A DNA stretch of 62,165 bases, filler included, from an uncultured virus (IMG/VR IMGVR_UViG_2049941000_000131) (7 parts of one record of this genome joined end to end with filler, not necessarily neighbours in it), one strand, 5' to 3'; shown: positions 18,925 through 30,490, counted from the whole stretch's first letter. The notes: a model not told the origin generated them from the sequence alone. Program-made: numbers and translations.

Positions 18925-19884
18925 NNNNNNNNNNNNNNNNNNNNNNNNNNNNNNNNNNNNNNNNNNNNNNNNNNNNNNNNNNNNNNNNNNNNNNNNNNNN
19001 NNNNNNNNNNNNNNNNNNNNNNNNNNNNNNNNNNNNNNNNNNNNNNNNNNNNNNNNNNNNNNNNNNNNNNNNNNNNNNNNNNNNNNNNNNNNNNNNNNNN
19101 NNNNNNNNNNNNNNNNNNNNNNNNNNNNNNNNNNNNNNNNNNNNNNNNNNNNNNNNNNNNNNNNNNNNNNNNNNNNNNNNNNNNNNNNNNNNNNNNNNNN
19201 NNNNNNNNNNNNNNNNNNNNNNNNNNNNNNNNNNNNNNNNNNNNNNNNNNNNNNNNNNNNNNNNNNNNNNNNNNNNNNNNNNNNNNNNNNNNNNNNNNNN
19301 NNNNNNNNNNNNNNNNNNNNNNNNNNNNNNNNNNNNNNNNNNNNNNNNNNNNNNNNNNNNNNNNNNNNNNNNNNNNNNNNNNNNNNNNNNNNNNNNNNNN
19401 NNNNNNNNNNNNNNNNNNNNNNNNNNNNNNNNNNNNNNNNNNNNNNNNNNNNNNNNNNNNNNNNNNNNNNNNNNNNNNNNNNNNNNNNNNNNNNNNNNNN
19501 NNNNNNNNNNNNNNNNNNNNNNNNNNNNNNNNNNNNNNNNNNNNNNNNNNNNNNNNNNNNNNNNNNNNNNNNNNNNNNNNNNNNNNNNNNNNNNNNNNNN
19601 NNNNNNNNNNNNNNNNNNNNNNNNNNNNNNNNNNNNNNNNNNNNNNNNNNNNNNNNNNNNNNNNNNNNNNNNNNNNNNNNNNNNNNNNNNNNNNNNNNNN
19701 NNNNNNNNNNNNNNNNNNNNNNNNNNNNNNNNNNNNNNNNNNNNNNNNAAACAACAAGCAGATCGAGCGGACAGCATACGGAGCTGATGAAGCAAAGCAG
19801 CTTGAACGTGAGTTGAGTCACTCCGTCAAAGAAGAAACACCAACAAAGAAAATGACTTTCGGACAACTTTATGANNNNNNNNNN

Positions 19885-20154
19885 CTTTATACGATGCAGG
19901 CGCTGGAGTTGCAAGAGCAGCAACCCCACAAGAAATTTTTAACGATATATTAACATCTAATGGCGTATATCCTACAATGCTTTTGTTTGATAATAATTTT
20001 GAGCTTTATTCTGACATAGAAACTGAAAATTACGTTCATGTAGGGAAGCAAAGAATTGTTCGTTTCGGCGAATTTATTCAAGGACTAAAGGGCTCAATGC
20101 TTGACGTGTTTGGCGGTGAATTCCGTTTTGATAATTTCAGAATTGAGCTATTGA
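19885..20154 (+). CDS. Tail endopeptidase fragment (variant)
   Basis: RFGEFIQGLKGSMLDVFGGEF matches 25400..26590. Confidence 0.8.
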
Positions 20155-20269
20155 ANNNNNNNNNNNNNNNNNNNNNNNNNNNNNNNNNNNNNNNNNNNNT
20201 TAATTAATTAANNNNNNNNNNNNNNNNNNNNNNNNNNNNNNNNNNNNNNNNNNNNCTCAAAATATGTAA

Positions 20270-20773
20270 TTATCTCATAAGCTCGTTAACCTTAGCCTGA
20301 ACAGCTGCATAGTCATACCCTGCCTTTTCAAGTGCCGTCTTTCTCTCAGCTCCGGCACCCCACTTGCCTGCAATTACTTCTTTCGCAACTTCTGTAACAG
20401 ATTTCTTTACTGTCCCGTTTGTAGCAATAAAGCAATCTTTAAATCCTGCCTGCTTTACCTTTTCAAGCTGCTTTTCAGCATTGGTTTTATTCTCAAAAGC
20501 CCCTACTTGTACTTTATACCATGTGTCAACCTTTGTAACAAATGCGTCTTTAAATCCCTTAGCTTTAACGTTAAACAGCTGCGTATCTGCATTTGACTTT
20601 TCAGAAAACGCACCTATCTGAACACGATATAGTGTTTTGCTTGTTGTCGAGTCACTCGAGGAATTGTTCTCTTTAGTCGTTGTATTAGTCAAGGACGTGC
20701 CAAGAATTGCATTTACTTTTTCCGCAATCTCTCCGTGCCGGCTGTAAAGATATGTACCGGGACAAGACCTTTG
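20270..20773 (-). CDS. Endolysin C-terminal part, variant copy (another fragment at 21146..21269)
   Basis: Near-identical to 13455..13940; two SPOR motifs plus CW_7. Confidence 0.85.
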   Translation of the reverse strand, partial: QRSCPGTYLYSRHGEIAEKVNAILGTSLTNTTTKENNSSSDSTTSKTLYRVQIGAFSEKSNADTQLFNVKAKGFKDAFVTKVDTWYKVQVGAFENKTNAEKQLEKVKQAGFKDCFIATNGTVKKSVTEVAKEVIAGKWGAGAERKTALEKAGYDYAAVQAKVNELMR

Positions 20774-20783
20774 NNNNNNNNNN

Positions 20784-21045
20784 TAACTACAAGCAGCTGT
20801 CCCCTTATATAGGGGGATTGCAGCTTGTATTGTTAACACACATACACGGCGATCATTTCTATCCGTCAACGATTAAGAAGCTTGCAAAAATGCGCCCTAC
20901 ACTGCGCTTTGGGTGTTGTGACTGGCTTCTAAAAGATTTAATATCCTGCGGCGTGCAGAAATGGAGAATAGACGTTTTTACTCCCGGATTGGCATATATT
21001 TATAATCAGGATCTGCAAATAACAGCGGTTGAACTGTCGCACAAT
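20784..21045 (+). CDS. MBL-fold hydrolase fragment (variant of 49371..49853)
   Basis: LLTHIHGDH. Confidence 0.8.
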
Positions 21046-21790
21046 NNNNNNNNNNNNNNNNNNNNNNNNNNNNNNNNNNNNNNNNNNNNTTAATTAATTA
21101 ANNNNNNNNNNNNNNNNNNNNNNNNNNNNNNNNNNNNNNNNNNNNATCCCGGTTGTGGCAATAAAGCAATCTTTAAAGCCTGCCTGCTTTACCTTTTCAA
21201 GCTGCTTTTCGGCATTGGCTTTATTCTCAAAAGCTCCTACTTGTACTTTATACCATTTGTCAACCTTTGNNNNNNNNNNNNNNNNNNNNNNNNNNNNNNN
21301 NNNNNNNNNNNNNNNNNNNNNNNNNNNNNNNNNNNNNNNNNNNNNNNNNNNNNNNNNNNNNNNNNNNNNNNNNNNNNNNNNNNNNNNNNNNNNNNNNNNN
21401 NNNNNNNNNNNNNNNNNNNNNNNNNNNNNNNNNNNNNNNNNNNNNNNNNNNNNNNNNNNNNNNNNNNNNNNNNNNNNNNNNNNNNNNNNNNNNNNNNNNN
21501 NNNNNNNNNNNNNNNNNNNNNNNNNNNNNNNNNNNNNNNNNNNNNNNNNNNNNNNNNNNNNNNNNNNNNNNNNNNNNNNNNNNNNNNNNNNNNNNNNNNN
21601 NNNNNNNNNNNNNNNNNNNNNNNNNNNNNNNNNNNNNNNNNNNNNNNNNNNNNNNNNNNNNNNNNNNNNNNNNNNNNNNNNNNNNNNNNNNNNNNNNNNN
21701 NNNNNNNNNNNNNNNNNNNNNNNNNNNNNNNNNNNNNNNNNNNNNNNNNNNNNNNNNNNNNNNNNNNNNNNNNNNNNNNNNNNNNNNNNN

Positions 21791-22305
21791 GTAATGCACA
21801 AGTAGACTATGAAGAGTTAGAGAAAGCAATATTGTGGTATGCAAAATCTCCTGTTTTGAGTTCAAAGCATATCTATATGCATGGGGACTATCCAGCGGTA
21901 AGTATACACAAGGAGAAAATACATATCCACAGGCTTTTGATGATGTATTGGCTTAATGCTTGTTTGCCGACAGAATATTCTGTACATCATATTGACAAGG
22001 ATAAGCTTAATGCTACAAAAGGGAATTTGTCTGTTGTATTCAATCCGACACATCAAAGTATTCATAACAAAGGTAAAACAATATCGGAAGAACAGCGGCA
22101 AAGAATTATAGAATATAATCATTCTCGTAAAGGTGAACACAGAAATTACAAAAGAGAGATTTCGGCTAAAGAGGTTTATGATTTGAAAACTAAAGGATAT
22201 AGTTTTAATCAAATCTCTAAAACGTTAAATCTTGATTGGGGTTGTGTGAAACGCCGCTATGATGATTTTATTCACGACAACCCCGAACTGTTGGAAGGAG
22301 ATTGA
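21791..22305 (+). CDS. HNH endonuclease (5' truncated) ending in a YopX-like tail
   Basis: IHRLL...VHHIDKDKLNA...NL....H...H; C-terminus FIHDNPELLEGD. Confidence 0.8.
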
Positions 22306-22667
22306 TAGCAATGGACAATTCAAGATTAAGGCGAGAACAAGATATTTTGGAAAGGCTTGAAAATGTTAAGCGACTTATTCAGATGGAAACTACCATTATG
22401 ACGGCAAACGGAGCAGAGCAGTATGCGAACTATTGCATAGTAGACCGTAACGGTCAAAAAATCGGCGGTTGCAGTAATAATCTGCTGAACGATTTGAGAG
22501 AAAAAATACAACTGCAATTGCTGTCAATTACGGCACTATGCTACGGCAATAACCCTGATTTGGGTGAACCTGATGTTATGCTTGAATGGAAACAATCGAA
22601 CACAAATGAACATTCAGAGGACAAATTCCGTGATATGTGGGACGAATGTTTGGGTTGGGTTTGCTGA
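22302..22667 (+). CDS. Hypothetical protein
   Basis: ORF overlapping upstream stop, GGAG RBS. Confidence 0.6.
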   Translation: MIAMDNSRLRREQDILERLENVKRLIQMETTIMTANGAEQYANYCIVDRNGQKIGGCSNNLLNDLREKIQLQLLSITALCYGNNPDLGEPDVMLEWKQSNTNEHSEDKFRDMWDECLGWVC

Positions 22668-23133
22668 AAGGAGAGTGATGTAATGTACACACCGATTTAT
22701 CGTTGGAGTACAGTAGATGTTTCAAACGCTCCGCCATTCAGCGAATATGTCAACTGGGTTTTGTCAAGAAAACATTATGGAAAGAGAGTTAAGAGGGTGA
22801 TAAAATGACGATTGAAGAAGCGAAAGAACAACTGTGGGAACTTATCCATGANNNNNNNNNNACTTGACGAGATTAATAAAGCCAATGAAACAGACTATCG
22901 GCAAAAAGATGTGTATTTTAAATTTGAACGTGAGGTTATGACAAATGCTTCCGACAATGCACTGATTGAGAAGACGGACGCAGAAAAACAACAGGTNNNN
23001 NNNNNNGGCCAAAATATCGGGATCTTTACGAACGTTACAAGAAATATAAAAATATCCCGAAGTGGTGTCCGCTGTCGGATTATGAGCGGTTGGAATTTGA
23101 AGAGTTTGTTTTGAATAGGAAAGGAAGAACTAA

Positions 23134-23658
23134 ATGACAGGATTAGAGCTGTTTGAACAAGAAATGAGAACTCGGGGCTGTACGGAATCCCAGATTAAGA
23201 GCAAAGCTGTTGCTATTGCCCTAGACATTATCTCTCAAAACAAGAATGAATATTTTGAGAATATAAGGGACGCAGAAAAAGAGATCCGGAGTCTCAAAGG
23301 CGAGATTGCTTGCTATAGGAGTGAGGTTGAACATCAAAAGTTTTTGTATGAGCACGAGAAAAAGAGGTTAGACGAATGTCGTGCAAAACGAAAAGAATTT
23401 TTTGATGACGAGTACAACAAAATCAGCGAATACATTAAAGCTTTTTATCTTGCTTTAGAAGATATGGAAACACCTGAGCAAAGAGATGCTCTTAAAACAG
23501 CACAAATATTTGTCAACAGCGTTGAGATCGATTCTAAGTATGATAACACGGCTTTTATTGATGGACTTGCAGCGATTTTGTCAAAAGGACAAGGTGCAGG
23601 ACTTAGGGAATTAAGAAAAGTAGAAAGGGAAATCAAAAGAAAGGTGGAAAGAATATGA
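23134..23658 (+). CDS. Coiled-coil hypothetical protein
   Basis: AAGGA RBS, 174 aa. Confidence 0.7.
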   Translation: MTGLELFEQEMRTRGCTESQIKSKAVAIALDIISQNKNEYFENIRDAEKEIRSLKGEIACYRSEVEHQKFLYEHEKKRLDECRAKRKEFFDDEYNKISEYIKAFYLALEDMETPEQRDALKTAQIFVNSVEIDSKYDNTAFIDGLAAILSKGQGAGLRELRKVEREIKRKVERI

Positions 23659-23946
23659 ATGACGAATTGATAAGGAAGTCGGACGTGCTGAATTTGCTGA
23701 ACAAAACCAAAGTTGCCTTATGGCATGATAATTATGCTGGTGCGGTTCTTATTGCAATACATGATGCGGTTGAGGATATGCCGCCCGTCAACGCAGTAGA
23801 GCTGCCGTGCAAGATTGGGGACGAGGTTTTCGAACCAATTACGAAAGACGGCAAGATCTNNNNNNNNNNAAATGCGTCAAGCGTGGAATTGTCACCTGAA
23901 CCGCCGCCTTTTTTAGATTTTAAATATGTATAAATCTCAAAATTTG

Positions 23947-24192
23947 TCATTCGCTGTCACCGCCAAGCTTCACCCATTCACCGACATGCAGTATATATAT
24001 ATCCGCCGTGTCCGAAGCAAGAGCAGTTGAACCCTCTGCTGCATTTGTGATTAAACTCAACTTGCTTAAATCTTCAACTTTGAAAATATAGTCATTTACA
24101 TTGTTTCCTCTTTGATGGGTCATTCTTATCGACCCGAAATTAGGAACGCTGTTTTCATCAAATTTCATTCCCAATTTAATTACGATTGCCAT
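23947..24192 (-). CDS. Small tail-region protein
   Basis: GS.A...DT..IYIL...W motif. Confidence 0.7.
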   Translation of the reverse strand: MAIVIKLGMKFDENSVPNFGSIRMTHQRGNNVNDYIFKVEDLSKLSLITNAAEGSTALASDTADIYILHVGEWVKLGGDSE

Positions 24193-24202
24193 TTTATCAC
24201 CC

Positions 24203-24664
24203 CTAACTTAATGTGTAATTTGCTCCAATAATATCGTTTTCACTAAAAACAACTTCACTGCCATCGTGATAGTACCTCAAAGAAATTCTTACATAAGCTG
24301 TATCCTGCGGCAAATTCCCTAAACCGTAACTACTGCCATTATAAACCCAGTCACCCGCATAACTGTTGTCACTCGTATAGTCGGATTTATAGCCGGAAAG
24401 TCCCCACATTAAATCTTCTGAATATCCAACTCGGGAATCTATTTCAAGCTTAAAAATCGAATTTCCGGATACCGGAATATACTGCGTATTTCTCACTCGG
24501 CTGTAAGAGTCATAATCTGCGCCGTTGTTCCTGATACCGCCCTGTTCCCATGTTGAGGACGGCAAATTATATTCTTTTGTTGGAAAAATCACAGTGTTTT
24601 TTAAAATCACTTCTTTAACTGCGCTATTTTCAAATTTAACATCAATAACATCATTTAAAATCAT
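24203..24664 (-). CDS. Tail-region protein, possible receptor/carbohydrate-binding
   Basis: WEQGGI...G....RVR...YI...P...AYVRI pattern. Confidence 0.6.
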   Translation of the reverse strand: MILNDVIDVKFENSAVKEVILKNTVIFPTKEYNLPSSTWEQGGIRNNGADYDSYSRVRNTQYIPVSGNSIFKLEIDSRVGYSEDLMWGLSGYKSDYTSDNSYAGDWVYNGSSYGLGNLPQDTAYVRISLRYYHDGSEVVFSENDIIGANYTLS

Positions 24665-24675
24665 ATCATCACCGC

Positions 24676-25398
24676 CTAACTCGCCGTGATAATATACAGC
24701 GTATCGGCGTCATAAGCGCCAAGGCTATTATAAGCAATTTGCGTACCGCTCCAAATTTTCGACACCGTTAAAGATGTAACATTGTTTGCGTTTTCTAACG
24801 CAGTCACACGGCTTGCAAGCGCTGAAACACTTGTGTCATTTTCCAAAGCTGTAACACGAGTGCTTAAAGAAGTCACCGCATTTTGAATTGACTGCAAATT
24901 CTCTGTAGTCGTATAAGCTTCAATGGCAGCCATGCGCAGTGTAAGACTGCTCAGCATTGTTGACAACTCTGTCATTTCGTATTCGGGAGCGTTGAGATCA
25001 ATTACAGATTTTTCAACGTTTATTTCAAAAGTTGCGCTGTACCCGACCCTTGGATTATTGATTTGTAAAATTTTAATTTCGCATTTCTCGAGTCCGCTTA
25101 ACATTGACAAAGCTGAATTAACAGGCACAACGACTTTATTGTCTGATATGCTGCACGGTATCTCATAAGCCGTGATTACTCCGTTTACGCTTGCGTTAAC
25201 GAATGCTGCGTGAGTTTGTCCGGATAAAGGATAATTTGCATCATCAGACCGCAGACCTGTACCCAGCTCGATTTCTTCGCCGTTATAAGTTAAATTGATG
25301 TAAATAGCTCTGCTTCCGTTCTCATACTGTTTAACATTAATCCTGTCCAGCGTTTTATTTTGAGCCAAATCAAGAGTCAAATGTTCGCTGATATGCAT
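24676..25398 (-). CDS. BppU-like baseplate upper protein with coiled coil
   Basis: LTLDL...VKQ.E.GSR.I; SATF.I.V; RVTALE repeats. Confidence 0.7.
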   Translation of the reverse strand: MHISEHLTLDLAQNKTLDRINVKQYENGSRAIYINLTYNGEEIELGTGLRSDDANYPLSGQTHAAFVNASVNGVITAYEIPCSISDNKVVVPVNSALSMLSGLEKCEIKILQINNPRVGYSATFEINVEKSVIDLNAPEYEMTELSTMLSSLTLRMAAIEAYTTTENLQSIQNAVTSLSTRVTALENDTSVSALASRVTALENANNVTSLTVSKIWSGTQIAYNSLGAYDADTLYIITAS

Positions 25399-25399
25399 T

Positions 25400-26590
25400 T
25401 TACGCGCCCCCTATATTTTTGACATTAAACAAGTCCGATATATTCTTTTTGATTGTCCCAAGCTCGATTTTTGTGTAACGTTCGTTCAAACAATCGTATT
25501 CAGTCTTAACTATTTTTGCATTTGTTGTAAATCCTAACGGTTCAAAAACAACTTTTACAGTGTCGCACAAATGGCAGTTTCTGAGCGTGTTAAGAGCTGC
25601 GGCAATATCTACAGTTATTGATACAGAATGATCAGCTAATGCGACACTATTACCCTGTAGATATTTGTTCGCTTCTTCTCTGAGCTTTGCAAGCAAAGTG
25701 GCTTCGTTTGTAATCGCATTGTTGCTCCGGTGAAAATGGTCGTGCTGTCCTGTGAATTTTTCCGTAAAGTCATACGGTAATGCTCTTTGATAAGTCAGCA
25801 CACTGTCAACAATGGGAATAGGCTCAGAATATAATGTGTTCTCTCCAATTATGCTTTTATCTCCGTCTATGCCGCTGTATTCAACTATCGGTAAAACGGC
25901 GTAAGGCAATAAGTCCGTATAAACAGTTGATATATCACTATTCTGTTGATATGAGCTAATATTTGAACCGTAACGAATAGCAATACCAGTATCAGATCCA
26001 CGCCTGTTTAACAGCGAAATTTTAAAATTATCAAAATAAAATTCGCCGCCGAAAACATCAAGCATCGAACCCTCTAATCCTTGAAGAAATTCGCCAAAGC
26101 GAACAAGCCTTTTTTCCCCGGCATGGACATAATTTGTACTTGTAATATTTGAATACAATACAAAATAATTATCAAGCAAAAGCATTGTAGGATATGGATC
26201 CATAGGTGTTAATATTTCATCAAAAATTTCTTGTGGGGTTGCTGCTCTTGTAACTCCAGCGCCTGCATTGTATAAAATCCTAAACGCATTTCCATAAGCA
26301 ATATATCTTAAATGATGAGCTTTTGCCGTAATTGTTTTATCGTTGGCAGATGTTTGATATATCTCAAAGACCTGCGGAGGGTCGTGCGGATTGGCTTTTG
26401 CTTTGACAAACATTCCCGGCACAATACAACTTGATAATCTATCGTTTGTTAACGCTTCCAAATTCAACTCGTATTTGCCGTTTCTTTCCTCGCTTGCAAT
26501 ACATTTTGTGCTGTTTTTTATAAATCCCAATCCGTTATTATCAAAAAAATTTTCGGGAGCTGTGTTTGAATTGTAAAGTAAAGGCAACAT
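25400..26590 (-). CDS. Tail-associated endopeptidase/Tal-like protein
   Basis: EERNG.YEL, GGE..FDNF.I....RG.D.G..IRYG.N, L.DTV.V; follows Dit. Confidence 0.85.
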   Translation of the reverse strand: MLPLLYNSNTAPENFFDNNGLGFIKNSTKCIASEERNGKYELNLEALTNDRLSSCIVPGMFVKAKANPHDPPQVFEIYQTSANDKTITAKAHHLRYIAYGNAFRILYNAGAGVTRAATPQEIFDEILTPMDPYPTMLLLDNYFVLYSNITSTNYVHAGEKRLVRFGEFLQGLEGSMLDVFGGEFYFDNFKISLLNRRGSDTGIAIRYGSNISSYQQNSDISTVYTDLLPYAVLPIVEYSGIDGDKSIIGENTLYSEPIPIVDSVLTYQRALPYDFTEKFTGQHDHFHRSNNAITNEATLLAKLREEANKYLQGNSVALADHSVSITVDIAAALNTLRNCHLCDTVKVVFEPLGFTTNAKIVKTEYDCLNERYTKIELGTIKKNISDLFNVKNIGGA

Positions 26591-26593
26591 TTA

Positions 26594-27343
26594 TTATAAT
26601 CGCCTCCAGTTTGGTATTATTGACATTGAAAAATTCGTGCCGTTTTCGGTTTCAACAGCAATAGTATTTACTCCCGGTTTAAGCTCAGGAATTATGTTCG
26701 CTGAGTATTTATCGTTGCAGTCAACTTTTGTAGTTGTATAGTATACATTTTCGTTTGGCTTATCCACGGTAATTTGTGTGCCGTCAAGCGTGATATTAAA
26801 GCTTTCATCGTTAATTGAAACAGTAAATAATCCGTTGCCGTTAACTTTAATAATCGGCTCTGCGTCCCATTTTTCACTGTTTGTAATTGTATAATTTGTG
26901 GAATTTACTTCTATTTCCGTTAAGCCGCTTTTACTGTACAAGAACGGATCGCAGTTAAATGTAATCGTTGTTTCATAAACGTCTTTTCGAACTGCTACTA
27001 TATCATCAATCTCAGTGACTACAGCTTTTCTGAAATAATCTGGATTATACGTGTCTTTATAAACTTTATATTCAACATCGCCTGTTCTAAGCCACTCTGT
27101 TAGTTTGTGCGAAAAATCTTTGATAGTCATGTCGCAGTAAGCCGGGACGGCTCTAATCGGGACTTTAAACGTTTTATTTTCATAGCGGTTATAGTCAATA
27201 ATTGCGCTGCCGCTTTTTCCTATGATTTTAAAGAATTCAATATCTGGTGTTGAAACATAGTATGTTGGTCGCTGAGATATTACCGCCCCTAAATCGGATA
27301 AAAATTTTCCGTCATACCAAAATGTATGAAAATTGTCATGCAT
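26594..27343 (-). CDS. Distal tail protein (Dit)
   Basis: Position after TMP; I.G..G, F.CDPF.Y, L.PG.N.I, P.WRRL. Confidence 0.85.
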   Translation of the reverse strand: MHDNFHTFWYDGKFLSDLGAVISQRPTYYVSTPDIEFFKIIGKSGSAIIDYNRYENKTFKVPIRAVPAYCDMTIKDFSHKLTEWLRTGDVEYKVYKDTYNPDYFRKAVVTEIDDIVAVRKDVYETTITFNCDPFLYSKSGLTEIEVNSTNYTITNSEKWDAEPIIKVNGNGLFTVSINDESFNITLDGTQITVDKPNENVYYTTTKVDCNDKYSANIIPELKPGVNTIAVETENGTNFSMSIIPNWRRL

Positions 27344-30168
27344 TAAGTTGTCGCCACCTTTTCACGGAAAATTTCGCTGTACAACTCTCTGCCAAGTTTT
27401 TGAACATCATCTTGAGTGTTATTATAAAAGTTTTCGATATGCAGTTCAAGAATATTGCCACCGAGTTTCGGTTGTGTAAGTACAGGTTTACTCACAATAT
27501 CGGTATTTACATCAAAGCTTGTCGGGAGTGCTTTTTGCATGTCTTCCGCAACATTCTCTGTTGCCTTTTGGATTAAACCTCTGTTTTTTTCAATGCCCTC
27601 AGCAAGGTTTGACATAAAATCCGGCATCCACTCGTTGGATTTTGCAAGCGGACCTTTTTCAGGCAGACTAAAGTGCAAAAAGTCACTTATGCCGCCAGCT
27701 ATTTCTTCGACTTTCTCGATGATATTATTTTTCATTCCACTTATTCCGTCTATGAAATTTTGTATCATATCAGAACCCCAGTTTTTTGCATTATCGACAA
27801 TTTTTTCAAAAGCTGTCGTAATCAGTTCTTTTGATTCATCGATCCAACTTTTTATACCAAGTAGCTTGTCTGACCAAAAGGTTACAATACCATTCCACCA
27901 ATCAGAAACACTTGTTTTCATTGCTTCCAGCGGCTGAGTAAATTCTTTATCAACCCACTTATCGAATCGTCTTTTTTGAAGAGCGAGCCACTCCCCAAAA
28001 TTTTCACCTACCGGATCCCAAATTCGTCTCCATTCGTGCCACAATAATTTCGCTGTTGTTTCACGTTTCAACCTCATGATTTTGGGTAAAAATTTCAAAA
28101 ATATATCAATGACAGTATCAGCTATAAGCTCGAATTGTTCTTCGTGAGAGTGCAAAAAAGTATCAATAGTAGAAATGAATTGGTCGATTATAGTTGCTAT
28201 CTTTTCCACATTTTCTTCATCGCCTATGAAATCAACAATGCTCGTTAAAACATCATTTGCTAATTTTAATGCAAATGTTAAAAGTTGAGGAACAATCTCC
28301 GCACTTGAATCAAGCAAAGCCTGTGCTAACTCCTCGATAAAAGCTAAAACATTATCAACCGTTTCTGTTAAACCATCGCTCGTAAGCCATTCTCTTACTT
28401 TATCGGGAATTTCTTCCAGTATTTCGAGAATTTTTTCTGAAAGTATGCTATAAACTGTTTCTCTTTTAAGCAGAAACAAGTCGTCTATAAATTGTATCGC
28501 AAGATCAAACAAAGTTGAAAAAATAATATAAATTTTATCTTGATTTTTATCGAAAAAAGTTTCAAGCTGTTCAATTAAATGTGATATCGTTTCTTCAATC
28601 GTTTCTATATTCTTTTCATCGCTCAAAAACTCCGCGAAATTTGTTATTATTTGTTCAGAAAAATATAACAAATGTCCTAAAAGTTGAGGTAACAATTTAC
28701 TTCCGCCCTCAAACAAAGCTGTACCGACTTTATCAGCAAATATGACAATCCCGTCTATAAATTTGTTAATAGTAGTAGCATTTTCAAAAATCGTATCTAC
28801 ACCTTTTTTGATTAACTTAGCCGCTGTGCCGCCTAACCTTGTAAACGCCGCTATAAAATTACCGTTTGTAATTTCGGCGGCAACGTTCGATAACCCCTCG
28901 GAAAGCATTTTTACAAAATCTTTTGTCATAGGTGCAATTTTTTCATACAGTTCCGTTTGCAAGCGTGAAAAAGCCGATTGTAAAAGAGTAATTTGTCCGG
29001 GCAATGTATCAAGCTGAATTTCAGCCATCGCTTTAGCCGCGCCCTCGGAATCTTTGATTTTTTCTCCAAGTTCTTCCCACCTCTCAGCGGAGGTCTCTAA
29101 TAATGCGTTTGCTCCTGCAAGTGAATATTGACCGAAAATATCGCTAATAGCTTTTGTTCTTTCTTTGTCTGTAAGCCTGCTCATAGCATTGTCTAAATCA
29201 AGGAAAATAGACGGCAAATCGCGCAGATTGTCCTGAGCATCATAAACAGATACTCCCAATTTGTCAAGCTGTTCTTTTGCTTTACCCTCCGCCGTTGTTA
29301 AATTGGTAAGCACTCGGCGCAACATATTACCACTCTCGGAAGCCTTAATGCCGTTATCAGCCAAGACACCTAAAACTGTATTCAGCTCCGTAAATCCGCC
29401 TTTAACTTGCCTGCCTGTTGCACCAATTGAAAGAATAGCGTCACCAAGCTGAGATACACTTGTGTTTGAAGATGAAGCCGTTTTTGCCATTTGGTCAATA
29501 AAAGCGGTCATATCCTTCATTTCAATTCCTAAAGCAGTCTGACTATCCGTCACCATATCGGAGGCAGTACCTAAGTCCATAGCACCTGCGGTAGCAAGAT
29601 TAAGTACTTTCGGCAACATTTCAGCGGAAGTCTGAGCATTGTATCCGGCAAGAGCCATGTAATTTAATGCTTCGCCTGCCTGTGTAGCTGTAAACGTAGT
29701 TTCAGCGCCCATTTTTTTTGCAAACTCTCGCAAAGTGCCGTTAAATCCGTCAACAGATACTCTCGTTGCGTCCATATCGTCACGAGTTTTCAAAAGGGTC
29801 GCGCCTACCTGTCCCATTGCGGTATCAAAACTCATACCCTCTTGCATAAATCCTTGAACAAACTCCGCCCCTGCACTTGCCATTTGCATAAAACCGTCAG
29901 CGACCACTGAAACAACATTATCAACCGTTCCCATGATTGTATCATCAAGAGATTTTACCGTGTTTGCTGTCTGAGTAACAATATTGGCAGTTGTAGAAAT
30001 GACTTTATCACTGATTCCTACGATAGCACTATCGACTTTTTTTACAGTGTTTATGGCGGACATAACCTGTCCGCCAAAATTTGAAAGTACTTTTTCGGCA
30101 GCAGAAAGTCCTGAGAAAAAATCATCAGCTTTCAAACTCAAACTCGCAAATAACTCAAATACATTCAT
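27343..30168 (-). CDS. Tail tape measure protein (TP901 family)
   Basis: AK.MG..T.FTA..AGEAL.YMALAG, LA..GIK.SE.G..LR; FLHFS.P.KGPL; GGAGG RBS. Confidence 0.93.
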   Translation of the reverse strand: MNVFELFASLSLKADDFFSGLSAAEKVLSNFGGQVMSAINTVKKVDSAIVGISDKVISTTANIVTQTANTVKSLDDTIMGTVDNVVSVVADGFMQMASAGAEFVQGFMQEGMSFDTAMGQVGATLLKTRDDMDATRVSVDGFNGTLREFAKKMGAETTFTATQAGEALNYMALAGYNAQTSAEMLPKVLNLATAGAMDLGTASDMVTDSQTALGIEMKDMTAFIDQMAKTASSSNTSVSQLGDAILSIGATGRQVKGGFTELNTVLGVLADNGIKASESGNMLRRVLTNLTTAEGKAKEQLDKLGVSVYDAQDNLRDLPSIFLDLDNAMSRLTDKERTKAISDIFGQYSLAGANALLETSAERWEELGEKIKDSEGAAKAMAEIQLDTLPGQITLLQSAFSRLQTELYEKIAPMTKDFVKMLSEGLSNVAAEITNGNFIAAFTRLGGTAAKLIKKGVDTIFENATTINKFIDGIVIFADKVGTALFEGGSKLLPQLLGHLLYFSEQIITNFAEFLSDEKNIETIEETISHLIEQLETFFDKNQDKIYIIFSTLFDLAIQFIDDLFLLKRETVYSILSEKILEILEEIPDKVREWLTSDGLTETVDNVLAFIEELAQALLDSSAEIVPQLLTFALKLANDVLTSIVDFIGDEENVEKIATIIDQFISTIDTFLHSHEEQFELIADTVIDIFLKFLPKIMRLKRETTAKLLWHEWRRIWDPVGENFGEWLALQKRRFDKWVDKEFTQPLEAMKTSVSDWWNGIVTFWSDKLLGIKSWIDESKELITTAFEKIVDNAKNWGSDMIQNFIDGISGMKNNIIEKVEEIAGGISDFLHFSLPEKGPLAKSNEWMPDFMSNLAEGIEKNRGLIQKATENVAEDMQKALPTSFDVNTDIVSKPVLTQPKLGGNILELHIENFYNNTQDDVQKLGRELYSEIFREKVATT

Positions 30169-30490
30169 CTTGCTCACCTCCCAGCTTTGACATTTTTTCT
30201 TTAAGAGCCGAAATGATTTCTTGTGCTTCTCTGCTGTTTTCCTCGGTTTTATCAGGGTAAAACAGTTCTTTAAAGCTCACCTTGATTTGTGAACCGCCTG
30301 CAAAATTAGCGGTATTGTTTGTAATCGCCTGTAAGCAGTCCGTTACATAAATTTTATACAGCCTGTCTTTTGAATGCTTTATGTATCGGCTTTCGTAATA
30401 TCGTACGAAAGTTCTAAGATTGTTTCCTCTGTATTCTCCGTAGCAGAGCCAGAAGACTTGTCCTCCGTCTTCTGAGCCGAGAAGAAAAAA
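30155..30490 (-). CDS. Tail assembly chaperone -1 frameshift extension
   Basis: T TTT TTC heptamer at 30484-30490; -1 frame opens right after a TAA and runs to 30155 (..YKIYVTDCL..). Confidence 0.75.
   Translation of the reverse strand, partial: FFLLGSEDGGQVFWLCYGEYRGNNLRTFVRYYESRYIKHSKDRLYKIYVTDCLQAITNNTANFAGGSQIKVSFKELFYPDKTEENSREAQEIISALKEKMSKLGGEQDECI

Noticed and set aside
13455..21269. Multiple endolysin/tail copies as a diversity-generating retroelement or invertible locus
   Set aside because: No reverse transcriptase or invertase seen; differences are not adenine-specific; copies lie on separate scaffolds
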